NCBI GenBank assembly: GCA_965198115.1
Contig: OZ240241.1
Location: forward strand, 2,240,001-2,304,000
Direction of reading: 5' to 3'
Source of the DNA: Candidatus Latescibacterota bacterium
GTDB lineage: Bacteria; Latescibacterota; UBA2968
Length of the DNA: 64,000 bases
Shown here: positions 9,894 through 18,921 of the stretch, piece after piece
How positions within the stretch are numbered: the stretch's first letter is position 1
Layout of the letters: every line of letters begins with the position of its first letter
The notes under the pieces: model-generated
Databases searched by the model: none
What the model was told of the DNA's origin: nothing
The model's input: only the letters and a program-made list of their open reading frames with translations
Position numbers and translations under genes: made by a program

Positions 9894-11450
9894 ATGACAT
9901 TATCCGACGATTCGGCTTTTCCCCAACCACGGGGGCTGTGGAGGCTTCTCTACACGAGCGATCCTTCGAACCTGGCCTTCTACCAGGCCGGCCGTCACCT
10001 GGATCATACTGCGGCTGCGGAGTTCGCCGCCGGAGATCCCGCCCGTCCGGAGGATCTGACGCGTTGGGTCGACGAACTGGCCCACAGCGGAGTGGATGCC
10101 TACGCCCAAGCTGTTTTTGCGCAAGGCTGGACCGTTTTCTTCCGCTCGGAAAACTTCGAGTCCGACACAAGGCCGCAGCACCAGCGTTTCGCGGCCATGC
10201 TGGCGTCGGGTCCCTCGCCGCTGGAGGTGCTGATCGAGCAGACCCACAGGCGGGGCATGGCCTTCATCGCCAAGTTCCGGATGAGCGATACACACGGCTC
10301 GGGCACACAGGGCGCCCGCTTCCTGCTGGACAACAAGCAGTGGTGGATCCCGGAGCAACCTGGTGCGCTCGACTACCGGTTCGATCAGGTCCGCGGGTAC
10401 GTGTTCGGAGTGGCCAACGAAATCGTCGACCGCTTCGACGTGGACGGGCTGTTGTTCAACTACATTCGGTTTGGTCACTGTTTCCCGAAGGATGTGGCAA
10501 TCCAGAGTCAGCCGATCATGACCGGTTTTCTTCGACAGGTGCGGGAGATGCTGGACCGCCGGGGCCGGGACGGACACAAGGATCTGACGCTGGGGGTCAT
10601 GCTACCGCAGACGCTTGAAGAGTGTCACGGCCTGGGATACGATATTCTGACCTGGATAGATGAGGGGCTCATCGACTATGTGTGTCCTTGCGACGTAGGT
10701 TTTGCGGATTTCAATGCGCCGTACGAAGAATTCGGCGAACTCACGCGTTCCTCCGAGTGTTTCCTCTATCCGTCGTTGACACCCATGATGTGTCGCAACG
10801 ACCAGGCCACTTTGCTCAGACCGGAAAACTACCGCGCACTGGCGCAAAATTTCTACGGGGCGGGGGCAGATGGGGTTTCGGTCTTCAACTACCAGTACCA
10901 CTGGGCTCGCAGAGGTGGAACTGCCAGGTATGCGGGGCCGGTGGAAGGTCGTTTGTTAGGGTTGAGTTATTTACGGGGACTCAAGGAGCCCGGGGATCTT
11001 TCCCGCCAGGTGCGACACTACCGGTTTCACCCGCTCTGGAGTGGGAGCAGTAGGACGGGCTTTGTGAAGAACGACCGGCTCGTCCTCCCGCGCCAGGCAG
11101 GCGCCAGCGGGAAATACCGCTTCAGGTTGAGCGGCGAGTTGACAGACAGCGATCGGGTTGAACTCTACTTCACGGCTCAGGGGCTGGTTCCGGATGACGA
11201 GATCCGCGTCGATGTCAATGGGCGAGAGGTGATCGAAGTGCGGCGGGTGTTTCACTCGGATGGTCGTCTGGAAATAAACGGCCGGGAGCTGCCGCCCTTC
11301 TCGACCGGTTTCTTCGACCTGGACGGGCAGGTGCTGACCGGGCGCGACAACGACCTGGGGGTGACGTTGACCAAGAGCGCTGGGGCGATCGGGGAGGAGG
11401 TTGTGATAGACGAGGTGGAGGTCGTGGTGGTTCCAGATATAGGAGTATAG
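9894..11450 (+). CDS. Glycosyl hydrolase-like 10 (GHL10) TIM-barrel protein
   Basis: THRRGMAFIAKFRMSD, LDYRFDQVR, EIVDRFDVDGL, GADGVSVFNY. Confidence 0.65.
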   Translation: MTLSDDSAFPQPRGLWRLLYTSDPSNLAFYQAGRHLDHTAAAEFAAGDPARPEDLTRWVDELAHSGVDAYAQAVFAQGWTVFFRSENFESDTRPQHQRFAAMLASGPSPLEVLIEQTHRRGMAFIAKFRMSDTHGSGTQGARFLLDNKQWWIPEQPGALDYRFDQVRGYVFGVANEIVDRFDVDGLLFNYIRFGHCFPKDVAIQSQPIMTGFLRQVREMLDRRGRDGHKDLTLGVMLPQTLEECHGLGYDILTWIDEGLIDYVCPCDVGFADFNAPYEEFGELTRSSECFLYPSLTPMMCRNDQATLLRPENYRALAQNFYGAGADGVSVFNYQYHWARRGGTARYAGPVEGRLLGLSYLRGLKEPGDLSRQVRHYRFHPLWSGSSRTGFVKNDRLVLPRQAGASGKYRFRLSGELTDSDRVELYFTAQGLVPDDEIRVDVNGREVIEVRRVFHSDGRLEINGRELPPFSTGFFDLDGQVLTGRDNDLGVTLTKSAGAIGEEVVIDEVEVVVVPDIGV

Positions 11451-11526
11451 TGCGGTATGGTGGAAAAGGGTTACTGGGGTATGTCTCCGTGCCAAGGGAA
11501 GGCGTTGGTAGGCTTTTCGCAAAGCG

Positions 11527-11637
11527 ATCTGGGTCGTCCCCGGCAGCCACGTGCGGCCCAACCCATCACACTACTTTTTCAATGAAATCCCTGCCGATGT
11601 GACCGTCGAGGGCTTCATCGCCGGCTGGGGAACGTGA
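11527..11637 (+). pseudogene. Internal fragment of a PhyH-family dioxygenase
   Basis: Reads IWVVPGSHVRPNPSHYFFNEIP..., matching the (L/W)xVVPGSH motif of the other PhyH genes; no start and no His motifs. Confidence 0.5.
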
Positions 11638-11670
11638 ACCCGTGCAAGCAGGTGAGCCCAGGAGTCGCGC

Positions 11671-12963
11671 TTGGCTAAATCATTTGCCCTGGGCCGTCCT
11701 CACACAGAGAGGGTTGTTTTGGCAGAACTGTTAGCGAACGAATATCGTGTGCTGTATGAGTCAGCGGATCCGGAGCACCTTTACGCCTATACGCCCGGCA
11801 TCTGTCGGCTCGGTTCCGGACGGCTGGTCGCGTCGAATGGCCAGGGTGGCCCCGGTGTGGCGAATCTGGAAGGGCCGAAAGGTCTGCAGGGCGAAGGAAA
11901 GAACCCCTGGCAAGGGATCGTCTGGACGTCCGACGATCACGGATCCACCTGGGCAGAACGTACGCGCTTCCCGTTCATGCACGCACGACCGTTCGCGGCT
12001 GGCGATCGGGTGTATGTGCTTGGACACGATTCCGATCTGACGATCATCGCAAGCGACGACGGAGGAGAGACCTGGTCCGATTCGGCGCAACTGACGTCGG
12101 ATCAATACTGGCATCAGTCCGCGTGCAATGTGATCTACGCCAACGACGCCGTCTATCTGGTGATGGAGCGGAGGACACAGTTTGACCATCCCGGCTGGTA
12201 TGTCAGCGAGCTAGCGCCCGTGCTGATGAAGGGTCCCGTGGAAGCAGATCTGACGGACCTTGGGAACTGGACGTTCGCGAGCGAGCTGTCGTTCTACGAG
12301 CTGGAAGCGACGCTTGGGAACGTGCCCGTTCCGTTCTTCAGCCTGGGTGAGGTGAGTCCGGGGCGTAAAATGAACCCGATCGGGTGGCTGGAGGCCAACG
12401 TGGTCCAGTTCCGGGATCCCAATCACATCTGGTACGATCCATCGGGACGGACCTTTCATCTCTGCATGCGGGCCCATACGGGCAGTACGGGATTGGCGTG
12501 TGTCGCGAAGGTGGTAGAGGATGCGAATGGACAGATGACGACGTCGCTGGAACAGACACCCGCCGGGCAGCCCTTCCTATACGCCCCGTGCCCAGGCGGC
12601 CAGATGCGCTTCCACATTCTGCACGATGAGCCGGCGCAACTGTTCTGGCTGTTGGGAAGCATCGCGACGGACAGCGCGTGTCGACCCGAAAGGATGCCGG
12701 ACAACCGTTACAATCTCCCGAGCAACGAGCGTCACATTCAGGGCCTTCACTACTCGAGGAACTGCATCGACTGGGTACCGGCCGGCATCGTGGCGAAGGG
12801 GAATACCGCCCGGGAGGCCAGGCACTACGCCAGCATGGTGATCGACGGGGATGATCTGCACATCCTGTCGCGTTCCGGAGATCATCGGGCGAAGTCCGCA
12901 CACGACGGAAACTTGATCACGCTGCACACGGTGCGAGATTTCAGGGATCTCGTCGTAATTTGA
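11671..12963 (+). CDS. Sialidase-like BNR/Asp-box repeat protein
   Basis: Asp-boxes WTSDDHGSTW and ASDDGGETW, plus HYSRNCIDW. Confidence 0.72.
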   Translation: MAKSFALGRPHTERVVLAELLANEYRVLYESADPEHLYAYTPGICRLGSGRLVASNGQGGPGVANLEGPKGLQGEGKNPWQGIVWTSDDHGSTWAERTRFPFMHARPFAAGDRVYVLGHDSDLTIIASDDGGETWSDSAQLTSDQYWHQSACNVIYANDAVYLVMERRTQFDHPGWYVSELAPVLMKGPVEADLTDLGNWTFASELSFYELEATLGNVPVPFFSLGEVSPGRKMNPIGWLEANVVQFRDPNHIWYDPSGRTFHLCMRAHTGSTGLACVAKVVEDANGQMTTSLEQTPAGQPFLYAPCPGGQMRFHILHDEPAQLFWLLGSIATDSACRPERMPDNRYNLPSNERHIQGLHYSRNCIDWVPAGIVAKGNTAREARHYASMVIDGDDLHILSRSGDHRAKSAHDGNLITLHTVRDFRDLVVI

Positions 12964-13052
12964 AACGCGTCCCCGTGAATCGCCCCCTGCCGGGTCCCGC
13001 ACTCCAGTTAGATCCGTGGATCGCAGTATCTCATTAAGAGAGGAATAGTACG

Positions 13053-13442
13053 ATGCCCGACAAAACGACCAGGACATTTGCGGCCCACGCAAAGGATGCC
13101 CAGTGGGCCAAGGAGGGTCTGCGGCCTTACTTCGCATACCGTGACCTGGGAATCAGGGACGCCACCGGGGGCAAGGTGTTGGCGCACATCATTCGCGCCG
13201 ATCAACCCTGCAAGGGCCCGATGGGCTACCACTCCCACGATCTGGACTTTCAGATGGTCTACTTGATTAGGGGTTGGGCGCAGCTCTATTTCGAAGACAT
13301 CGGTGAGATCCGCGTGGAGGCCGGCGATGCCTGGTATCAGCCACCCGGTATTAAGCACGAGGTATTGAAGTATTCCGATGACTGGGAGGTCATCGAAATC
13401 ACCATGCCAGCCGAATTTGCCACACACGACGAATCGCGTTAG
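13053..13442 (+). CDS. Cupin domain protein
   Basis: GYHSHDLDFQMVY and GDAWYQPPGIKH cupin motifs. Confidence 0.85.
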   Translation: MPDKTTRTFAAHAKDAQWAKEGLRPYFAYRDLGIRDATGGKVLAHIIRADQPCKGPMGYHSHDLDFQMVYLIRGWAQLYFEDIGEIRVEAGDAWYQPPGIKHEVLKYSDDWEVIEITMPAEFATHDESR

Positions 13443-13501
13443 TGTGCGCTTTCGAATCGGTTGCGAGTGCCTATCCACACTTCTGCGTGAGAGAACCCTA
13501 A

Positions 13502-14548
13502 ATGACAATCAAAACTGCGAATGAACTCCACACCCTGGTCCAAGAGATTTTTCTATCTGCCGGGGCCAATGATCGCAACGCGGAGGAGTTGGCCGCGCAT
13601 TTGGTTCGGGCCAATCTCAGCGGCGTGGATACGCACGGCGCCTGGCACGTGAAGGGCTATGTGGAAGCGATTCAGGCGACTGACATTCTTGCCGATACGA
13701 AGCCCGAAATAGTAGAGGAGACCCCGACCCACGCGCTGATTTCGGGTAACTGGACCTTCGGTCAGGTGACGGCCAAGTATGGAATGGAGATGGCGATTCA
13801 AAAGGCCCAGGCCCAGAATGTAGCCGTCGTAGGTCTGGTGCAGATGCACCACATCGGTCGCCTGGGCCACTACGTAGAGATGGCGGCGGCTGAAGACACG
13901 ATCGGCATGGTCTGGGCTGGTGGGTATAGTGAAGAGCAGCCGGCGACGGTTCCCTATGGTGGCCGGGAGCCAGTACTGCATACCAATCCCATTGCCATCG
14001 GCTTTCCAGGTGGGGAGGAATCGCCCATGATGTTTGATTGGGCCACAACGGCCCTCTCTGGAGTCAAGGTTATCAACGCCCAACGTGCGGGTGAAGCATT
14101 ACCTCCCAACTCTATCGTGGATAAGGATGGGAACCCCAGCACAGACCCCAACGACTTCTTTGAAGGCGGTGGCCATTTGCCCTTTGGCGCGCACAAAGGC
14201 TACTCGCTCATGATGACGACCGAGTTCCTGGGACGCATCTTTACCGGTTCCGATGCCTATGTCGAAACGGACCGAGCCGGACCCATCATGCGCCATCAGG
14301 GCGTCACGATGATGGCCATCAAAGCAGATCTTTTCCAACCCATCGCGGACTTTACCAGGCGGGCAGATGAACTGGAACGCAGGGTCAGGGCGATTCCCCC
14401 TGCCCCCGGCTTCAATGAGGTCCTCGCACCGGGCGACCTGGAAGCTCGAACCAGAGAAACCCGGCGGCGTGACGGCATTCCGATTAAGGATGATGTCTGG
14501 CAATCGATTGTCGATGCGGCTGCGTTAGTCAATGTCAAGGTGCCTTAG
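13502..14548 (+). CDS. Ldh_2 family oxidoreductase (malate/L-lactate/sulfolactate/ureidoglycolate dehydrogenase-like)
   Basis: SGVDTHG, HHIGRLGHY, HTNPIA, PFGAHKGYSL. Confidence 0.9.
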   Translation: MTIKTANELHTLVQEIFLSAGANDRNAEELAAHLVRANLSGVDTHGAWHVKGYVEAIQATDILADTKPEIVEETPTHALISGNWTFGQVTAKYGMEMAIQKAQAQNVAVVGLVQMHHIGRLGHYVEMAAAEDTIGMVWAGGYSEEQPATVPYGGREPVLHTNPIAIGFPGGEESPMMFDWATTALSGVKVINAQRAGEALPPNSIVDKDGNPSTDPNDFFEGGGHLPFGAHKGYSLMMTTEFLGRIFTGSDAYVETDRAGPIMRHQGVTMMAIKADLFQPIADFTRRADELERRVRAIPPAPGFNEVLAPGDLEARTRETRRRDGIPIKDDVWQSIVDAAALVNVKVP

Positions 14549-14575
14549 GCAATCAAATCAGAACGGTACCCTCGT

Positions 14576-15271
14576 ATGGAAGAACCACTCATATCTTCCG
14601 AAGTGATCGAAGCGCTGCGACAGATTGACAGCGCAACGGTTGCCAATGCAATCGAGCATTTCGATCTACGTGATCCGGTCGATGGATACGCTTCCTGGGC
14701 GTTGCCGTGCCAGTTTCCCAAACTGGCACCAACGGTCGGCTACGCTATAACCTGTACGGCGGACACGACGACTGCTGATAATGATCGCCCCATGCGGCTC
14801 CATGAATTACTCGATATCATCCAGGATGCACCGAAGCCCGCTGTTCTGGTCGCGCAGTACGTGGGGCAAGACCGCCAACGCAGTTGTCTGATCGGTGATA
14901 TGTTTGCGGCCACGCTGCAAAAGCTGGGTGTGGTTGGCATGGTCACAGAGTTGGGAGGGCGTGATTTTCGGGGTATTGAAGAGCGGGCACCAGGCTTTCA
15001 ACTTTTCTGTCCGGGTTCAGTCGTTTCCCACGGATATGGCGTCTTCCACGATTTCAACCTGACCGTATCGGTCTGCGGCCTGACCGTCCAACCCAACGAT
15101 CTGCTTCACGGGGATGCCAACGGGGTGGTTAACGTGCCCGTTGAAATCGCTGGAGATGTCGTAGCACAGAGCAAACGCGTGCTGGAGGAAGAGGCAGCAT
15201 TCTTCGACTTTCTGCACAGCGATGCCTACAGCTACGAAGGGTTGAAGCAACGTATGGGACGGAAAGAGTAG
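14576..15271 (+). CDS. RraA-like / HMG aldolase family protein
   Basis: TVANAIE, GYAIT, IGDMFA, GGRD, LLHGDANGVV. Confidence 0.85.
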   Translation: MEEPLISSEVIEALRQIDSATVANAIEHFDLRDPVDGYASWALPCQFPKLAPTVGYAITCTADTTTADNDRPMRLHELLDIIQDAPKPAVLVAQYVGQDRQRSCLIGDMFAATLQKLGVVGMVTELGGRDFRGIEERAPGFQLFCPGSVVSHGYGVFHDFNLTVSVCGLTVQPNDLLHGDANGVVNVPVEIAGDVVAQSKRVLEEEAAFFDFLHSDAYSYEGLKQRMGRKE

Positions 15272-15380
15272 GTCGATAGCGTTCAGACGAGGCCATCCGC
15301 GCTGTTCTGTGTGTCCGCACGATTGCGGCCCGTCGTTGGTACTCGAACGTTAGCCGCAAGCCAGACTCACCGGTACCTTA

Positions 15381-16159
15381 ATGAATCTCAGATCGCTCGG
15401 ATACAAGGCGGATCTTGCTTTTCCGGGAGTGTTCGGTGAAACGATCGACCGGGGTAATACCTGGTCGTGCGGACTCCGAATCTCCCTGGCTTCTTCTGGG
15501 GCAATTTCCTGCTATTCGCGAAGCCTCCTACCTCCGGAGACTTCGATCGGTGGAGGGAACGCTTCAAGTCGGAGGTCGGAGACCAGCCTGGCGTTGAGCA
15601 CGAGGCGTTCGGCTGGGACTCGCCCTCGGGAGCCATGGGTGACGTGGAGTCGTTCAAGTCCGCCGGGTTTGTTCCTTTTTCATCCGCGGTTATGACGGCC
15701 GACCACGTGTCTCCTTCTCCCCATCTCAACTTCGACGTCGTTACCAGACCCGTCACCACGGCGGATGAATGGGATGCCGCCGCACTATGCGAGGCAAACT
15801 ATACCTCGGACAGCACGCCGAACCATCGGATCGAGGCGAGGATCGCCTCCTACCGAGGCATGTCCCGGACCGACAGCGGGGAGTGGTATGGCGCGTTTCT
15901 GGAAGGACGGATCGTAGGTGGTCTGGGTATCTACAAAGTCGATGAAACAGGCGTCATCGAGGCCGTCTCGACACACCCGGACTTTCGAAGACGCGGAATC
16001 GGCCGCAGCGCAGTATACCAGGCCACTCGCCACGCAATGGAAAATCTTGGGATCAGGGAGCTGCTCCTGATCGCCGATGATGAGGGTGACGCGAAACGTA
16101 TGTATGAACAACTTGGATTCAGAACGGTTGAAATGCAGGTAGGAATGCTTCGGACCTAA
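15381..16159 (+). pseudogene. GNAT acetyltransferase, frameshifted near 15457
   Basis: MNLRSLGYKADLAF...DRG joins VVRTPNLPGFFWGNFL in another frame; C-terminal VSTHPDFRRRGIG motif. Confidence 0.78.
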
Positions 16160-16354
16160 TCAGGCCTCCTCCCTCACCACTCGTGTGTCGTCGTACACAA
16201 GCCGCTCAACACGGAAGTCTACATCACCGACAACCATCTGGGAGGGCTCAGGATGTCTTTCGCCTTCAAGGGGGAAGAGATCGGCGTCTTATGACGAAGC
16301 AAGACGTGAAGCTGACTACTCGTAGGTACTTGCTTTAAGGAAAGGTCCATCGAA

Positions 16355-17395
16355 TTGACGAACGCCAGCACAGTATCTCATGACACGATGCTGACCGCAG
16401 AGATACAGGGACCGCGCCAGTTGAGTGTGCGCCGGGTGCCGATACCGGAGTTCGGTACTGCCGACGCGCTGCTACGGGTCCACGCCTGCGGTATCTGTGG
16501 CTCGGATGTTCACCGATATCTCGTCGACGCATACGGCAGCCGGTTTCGCTACCCCCTCAACTCCGGGCACGAGTTCGCGGCAGAAGTGGTGGCCGTTGGA
16601 GAGCACGTAAACGACTTCAAGACAGGTGACTGGGTCACCGGTCACTCCAGCTGGGTGGATTGCGGAGGCGCCTTCGCGGAGTATCTGTTGGTACCGGAGG
16701 CCGATCGTAGTCTGATCTCGATCAGGGGTGCCGGCCAAACAGGCAATGGCGGTTCCCTCGATCCAGAGCTGGTCACACTGATCGAGCCCCTGACGGTAGG
16801 GCTGAATGCTCTGAATCAGGGTGCTCCCGCCTCTGAACAGACCTCGGGCCGACCGCCTCAACTCGTTATCCTGGGCGGCGGCACCATCGGGCTTTCCGTT
16901 CTACTTGCAGCTCAGACCCACGGCCATCGCGATATCGTGGTCAGTGAGCCGTCGAGCCTGCGGCGCGACATTGCCGTATCCCTCGGCGCGCGAAGCGTGG
17001 ATCCCAGCGGCGACGATGGGTTGGAAAGGCTACGGAAGGCCGTGAGCGCGGAACAAGGTGCCGACGTCGTGTTCGAGTGCGCAGGCACCGAGGATTCGAT
17101 CGCCAACGCCGTGGAGATCGTGGCTCGCGGTGGCACACTCATGATGGTCGCGGTCTCAAGCACCCAGGTTGGCATTCCTGCGATGAGTGTTGTAACGAAG
17201 GCTTTGAAGGTGCTGGGGATGACAGGGGCGCCGCTGCACGAATATGCCGACGAGGCGATCGCGATTCTGGGGTCACGAGCCAGTGAGGCCGCTCAACTCG
17301 TGACCCATCGCTTTCCCCTTGACGAGGCCGAACAGGCGTGTGACCCGCACAGCTGCTGCAAGGTGTTGGTGGAACCGGGAGAGGGTGGCACATAG
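16355..17395 (+). CDS. Zn-dependent alcohol dehydrogenase (MDR superfamily)
   Basis: CGICGSDVH, GHE and GGGTIG motifs; no four-Cys structural Zn lobe. Confidence 0.85.
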   Translation: MTNASTVSHDTMLTAEIQGPRQLSVRRVPIPEFGTADALLRVHACGICGSDVHRYLVDAYGSRFRYPLNSGHEFAAEVVAVGEHVNDFKTGDWVTGHSSWVDCGGAFAEYLLVPEADRSLISIRGAGQTGNGGSLDPELVTLIEPLTVGLNALNQGAPASEQTSGRPPQLVILGGGTIGLSVLLAAQTHGHRDIVVSEPSSLRRDIAVSLGARSVDPSGDDGLERLRKAVSAEQGADVVFECAGTEDSIANAVEIVARGGTLMMVAVSSTQVGIPAMSVVTKALKVLGMTGAPLHEYADEAIAILGSRASEAAQLVTHRFPLDEAEQACDPHSCCKVLVEPGEGGT

Positions 17396-17647
17396 CTGCT
17401 GTCGGAGCGATCTAACCCAAACTCACGAATTTCATCGAAATTACGTTGGATACGTGCCTCAGTTCAATCGCTCAAGGCATAACCTCGTTTCCCATCAGGC
17501 GATCGCCTTTCGGGCGTAGCGAACGACACTCGGATTCGGATCGTGGAGTGCGATTTCAAACAGGGAGCGGTTGGCATCTTGTCCAGCGCCCCGGGGTTTT
17601 CTTGGACACTCCGTTGACCTACAGTAGGTCGAAAAGGAGGGTCCACC

Positions 17648-18031
17648 ATGAACAAGGCTACTAGGGGATCGGTTGGGGCGGAGCGAGCGAGAGCGAGCGG
17701 AGGCCCAGCCGATCCAAGCGCGACTTCGCAGGGTCGTTTCTCCGTGAAGAAGAAGGCCGAAGCCGTATTACGTGTGATGCGTGGCGAGAGCCTCGACAGC
17801 GTCTCTCGCGATCTGGGAGTAACGGCAGCTAAATTGAGCGAGTGGCGCGATCAGTTCCACTCTGGCGCCCAGGCCGCACTACGCTCTCGTCTGAGCGACG
17901 AGCGTGACGAGAGGGTCAAGGACCTCCAGGCGAAGATTGGCGAGCTCACGATGGACAACGAGCTGCTGCAACAAAGAATCGATCGTCTGGAAGCCCGCCG
18001 CCCTTTGGCGCATCGGAGGTCGCGGAAATGA
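17648..18031 (+). CDS. IS3-family transposase OrfA
   Basis: Identical protein to 7103-7486; AAGGAGG RBS. Confidence 0.9.
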   Translation: MNKATRGSVGAERARASGGPADPSATSQGRFSVKKKAEAVLRVMRGESLDSVSRDLGVTAAKLSEWRDQFHSGAQAALRSRLSDERDERVKDLQAKIGELTMDNELLQQRIDRLEARRPLAHRRSRK

Positions 18032-18921
18032 GTGAGGTCCTTTCGCCCTCCACGGGGAGACGCTACAGCATTAAACGCGTGTGCAAAGTGTTGCAGATAC
18101 CCCGTTCCACGGTGCACAGCCAGCTTCGTCGTTCATCCGTAACCGATCTTCGGCAACCCCGGAAGCGAGGCCCGGTCGGAGCGGGTACCGATGAGGAATT
18201 GGTCTCCCTCATTCAGCAGGAGATCGACGCGTCACCCTTCCACGGCGAAGGATACCGCAAGATCTGGGCCAGGCTTCGCTTTCACGGTATGCGGACGTCA
18301 AAGGATCGGGTCCGCCGGTTGATGCGTGAAAACGGGCTCCAGGCGCGTCCAGGACGGCGTCGCGAACGACGAGCCCACGATGGCACGATTACGACCGAGA
18401 AGCCCGATCAGATGTGGGGCACCGACCTGACTGTGACGCCCACGGTCGACGAGGGCAGAGCCTCCGTGTTTATCGCGATCGACCACTGCACGTGCGAGTG
18501 TGTGGGCATTCACGCCTCCAAGACGGCCAACCGCTTTGAGGCTCTCGAGCCGATCCGACAGGGCATCCGTGAACACTTCGGGGGCTTCGAAGAAAACATC
18601 GCCGAAGGACTGGAGCTCCGACACGATCACGGGTCACAATACGTCTCTGACGACTTCCAGAACGAGATCGCATTCCTCGGCGTCCAAACATCGCCGAGTT
18701 TCGTGCGTGAGCCAGAAGGCAACGGATGCGCCGAGCGGTTCATCCGTACCCTCAAAGAAAACCTCCTGTGGGTTAGACACTTCAGTACCATCGAAGACCT
18801 GCGCCTCGCACTCCTTGAGTTTCGGGACAGATACAACCACAGGTGGATCATCGAACGTCACGGCTACAAGACGCCCGAACAGGCTAGAAACGCACTCACG
18901 GCAACTCGAAAGGCCGCCTGA
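18028..18921 (+). CDS. IS3-family transposase OrfB
   Basis: Identical protein to 6213-7106. Confidence 0.93.
   Translation: MSEVLSPSTGRRYSIKRVCKVLQIPRSTVHSQLRRSSVTDLRQPRKRGPVGAGTDEELVSLIQQEIDASPFHGEGYRKIWARLRFHGMRTSKDRVRRLMRENGLQARPGRRRERRAHDGTITTEKPDQMWGTDLTVTPTVDEGRASVFIAIDHCTCECVGIHASKTANRFEALEPIRQGIREHFGGFEENIAEGLELRHDHGSQYVSDDFQNEIAFLGVQTSPSFVREPEGNGCAERFIRTLKENLLWVRHFSTIEDLRLALLEFRDRYNHRWIIERHGYKTPEQARNALTATRKAA

Noticed and set aside
8064-10618. Long overlapping ORFs (8064-9416 minus, 8231-10618 plus) and similar antisense ORFs elsewhere
   Set aside because: Arg/Pro/Gly-rich shadow frames of GC-rich genes with no recognisable motifs.
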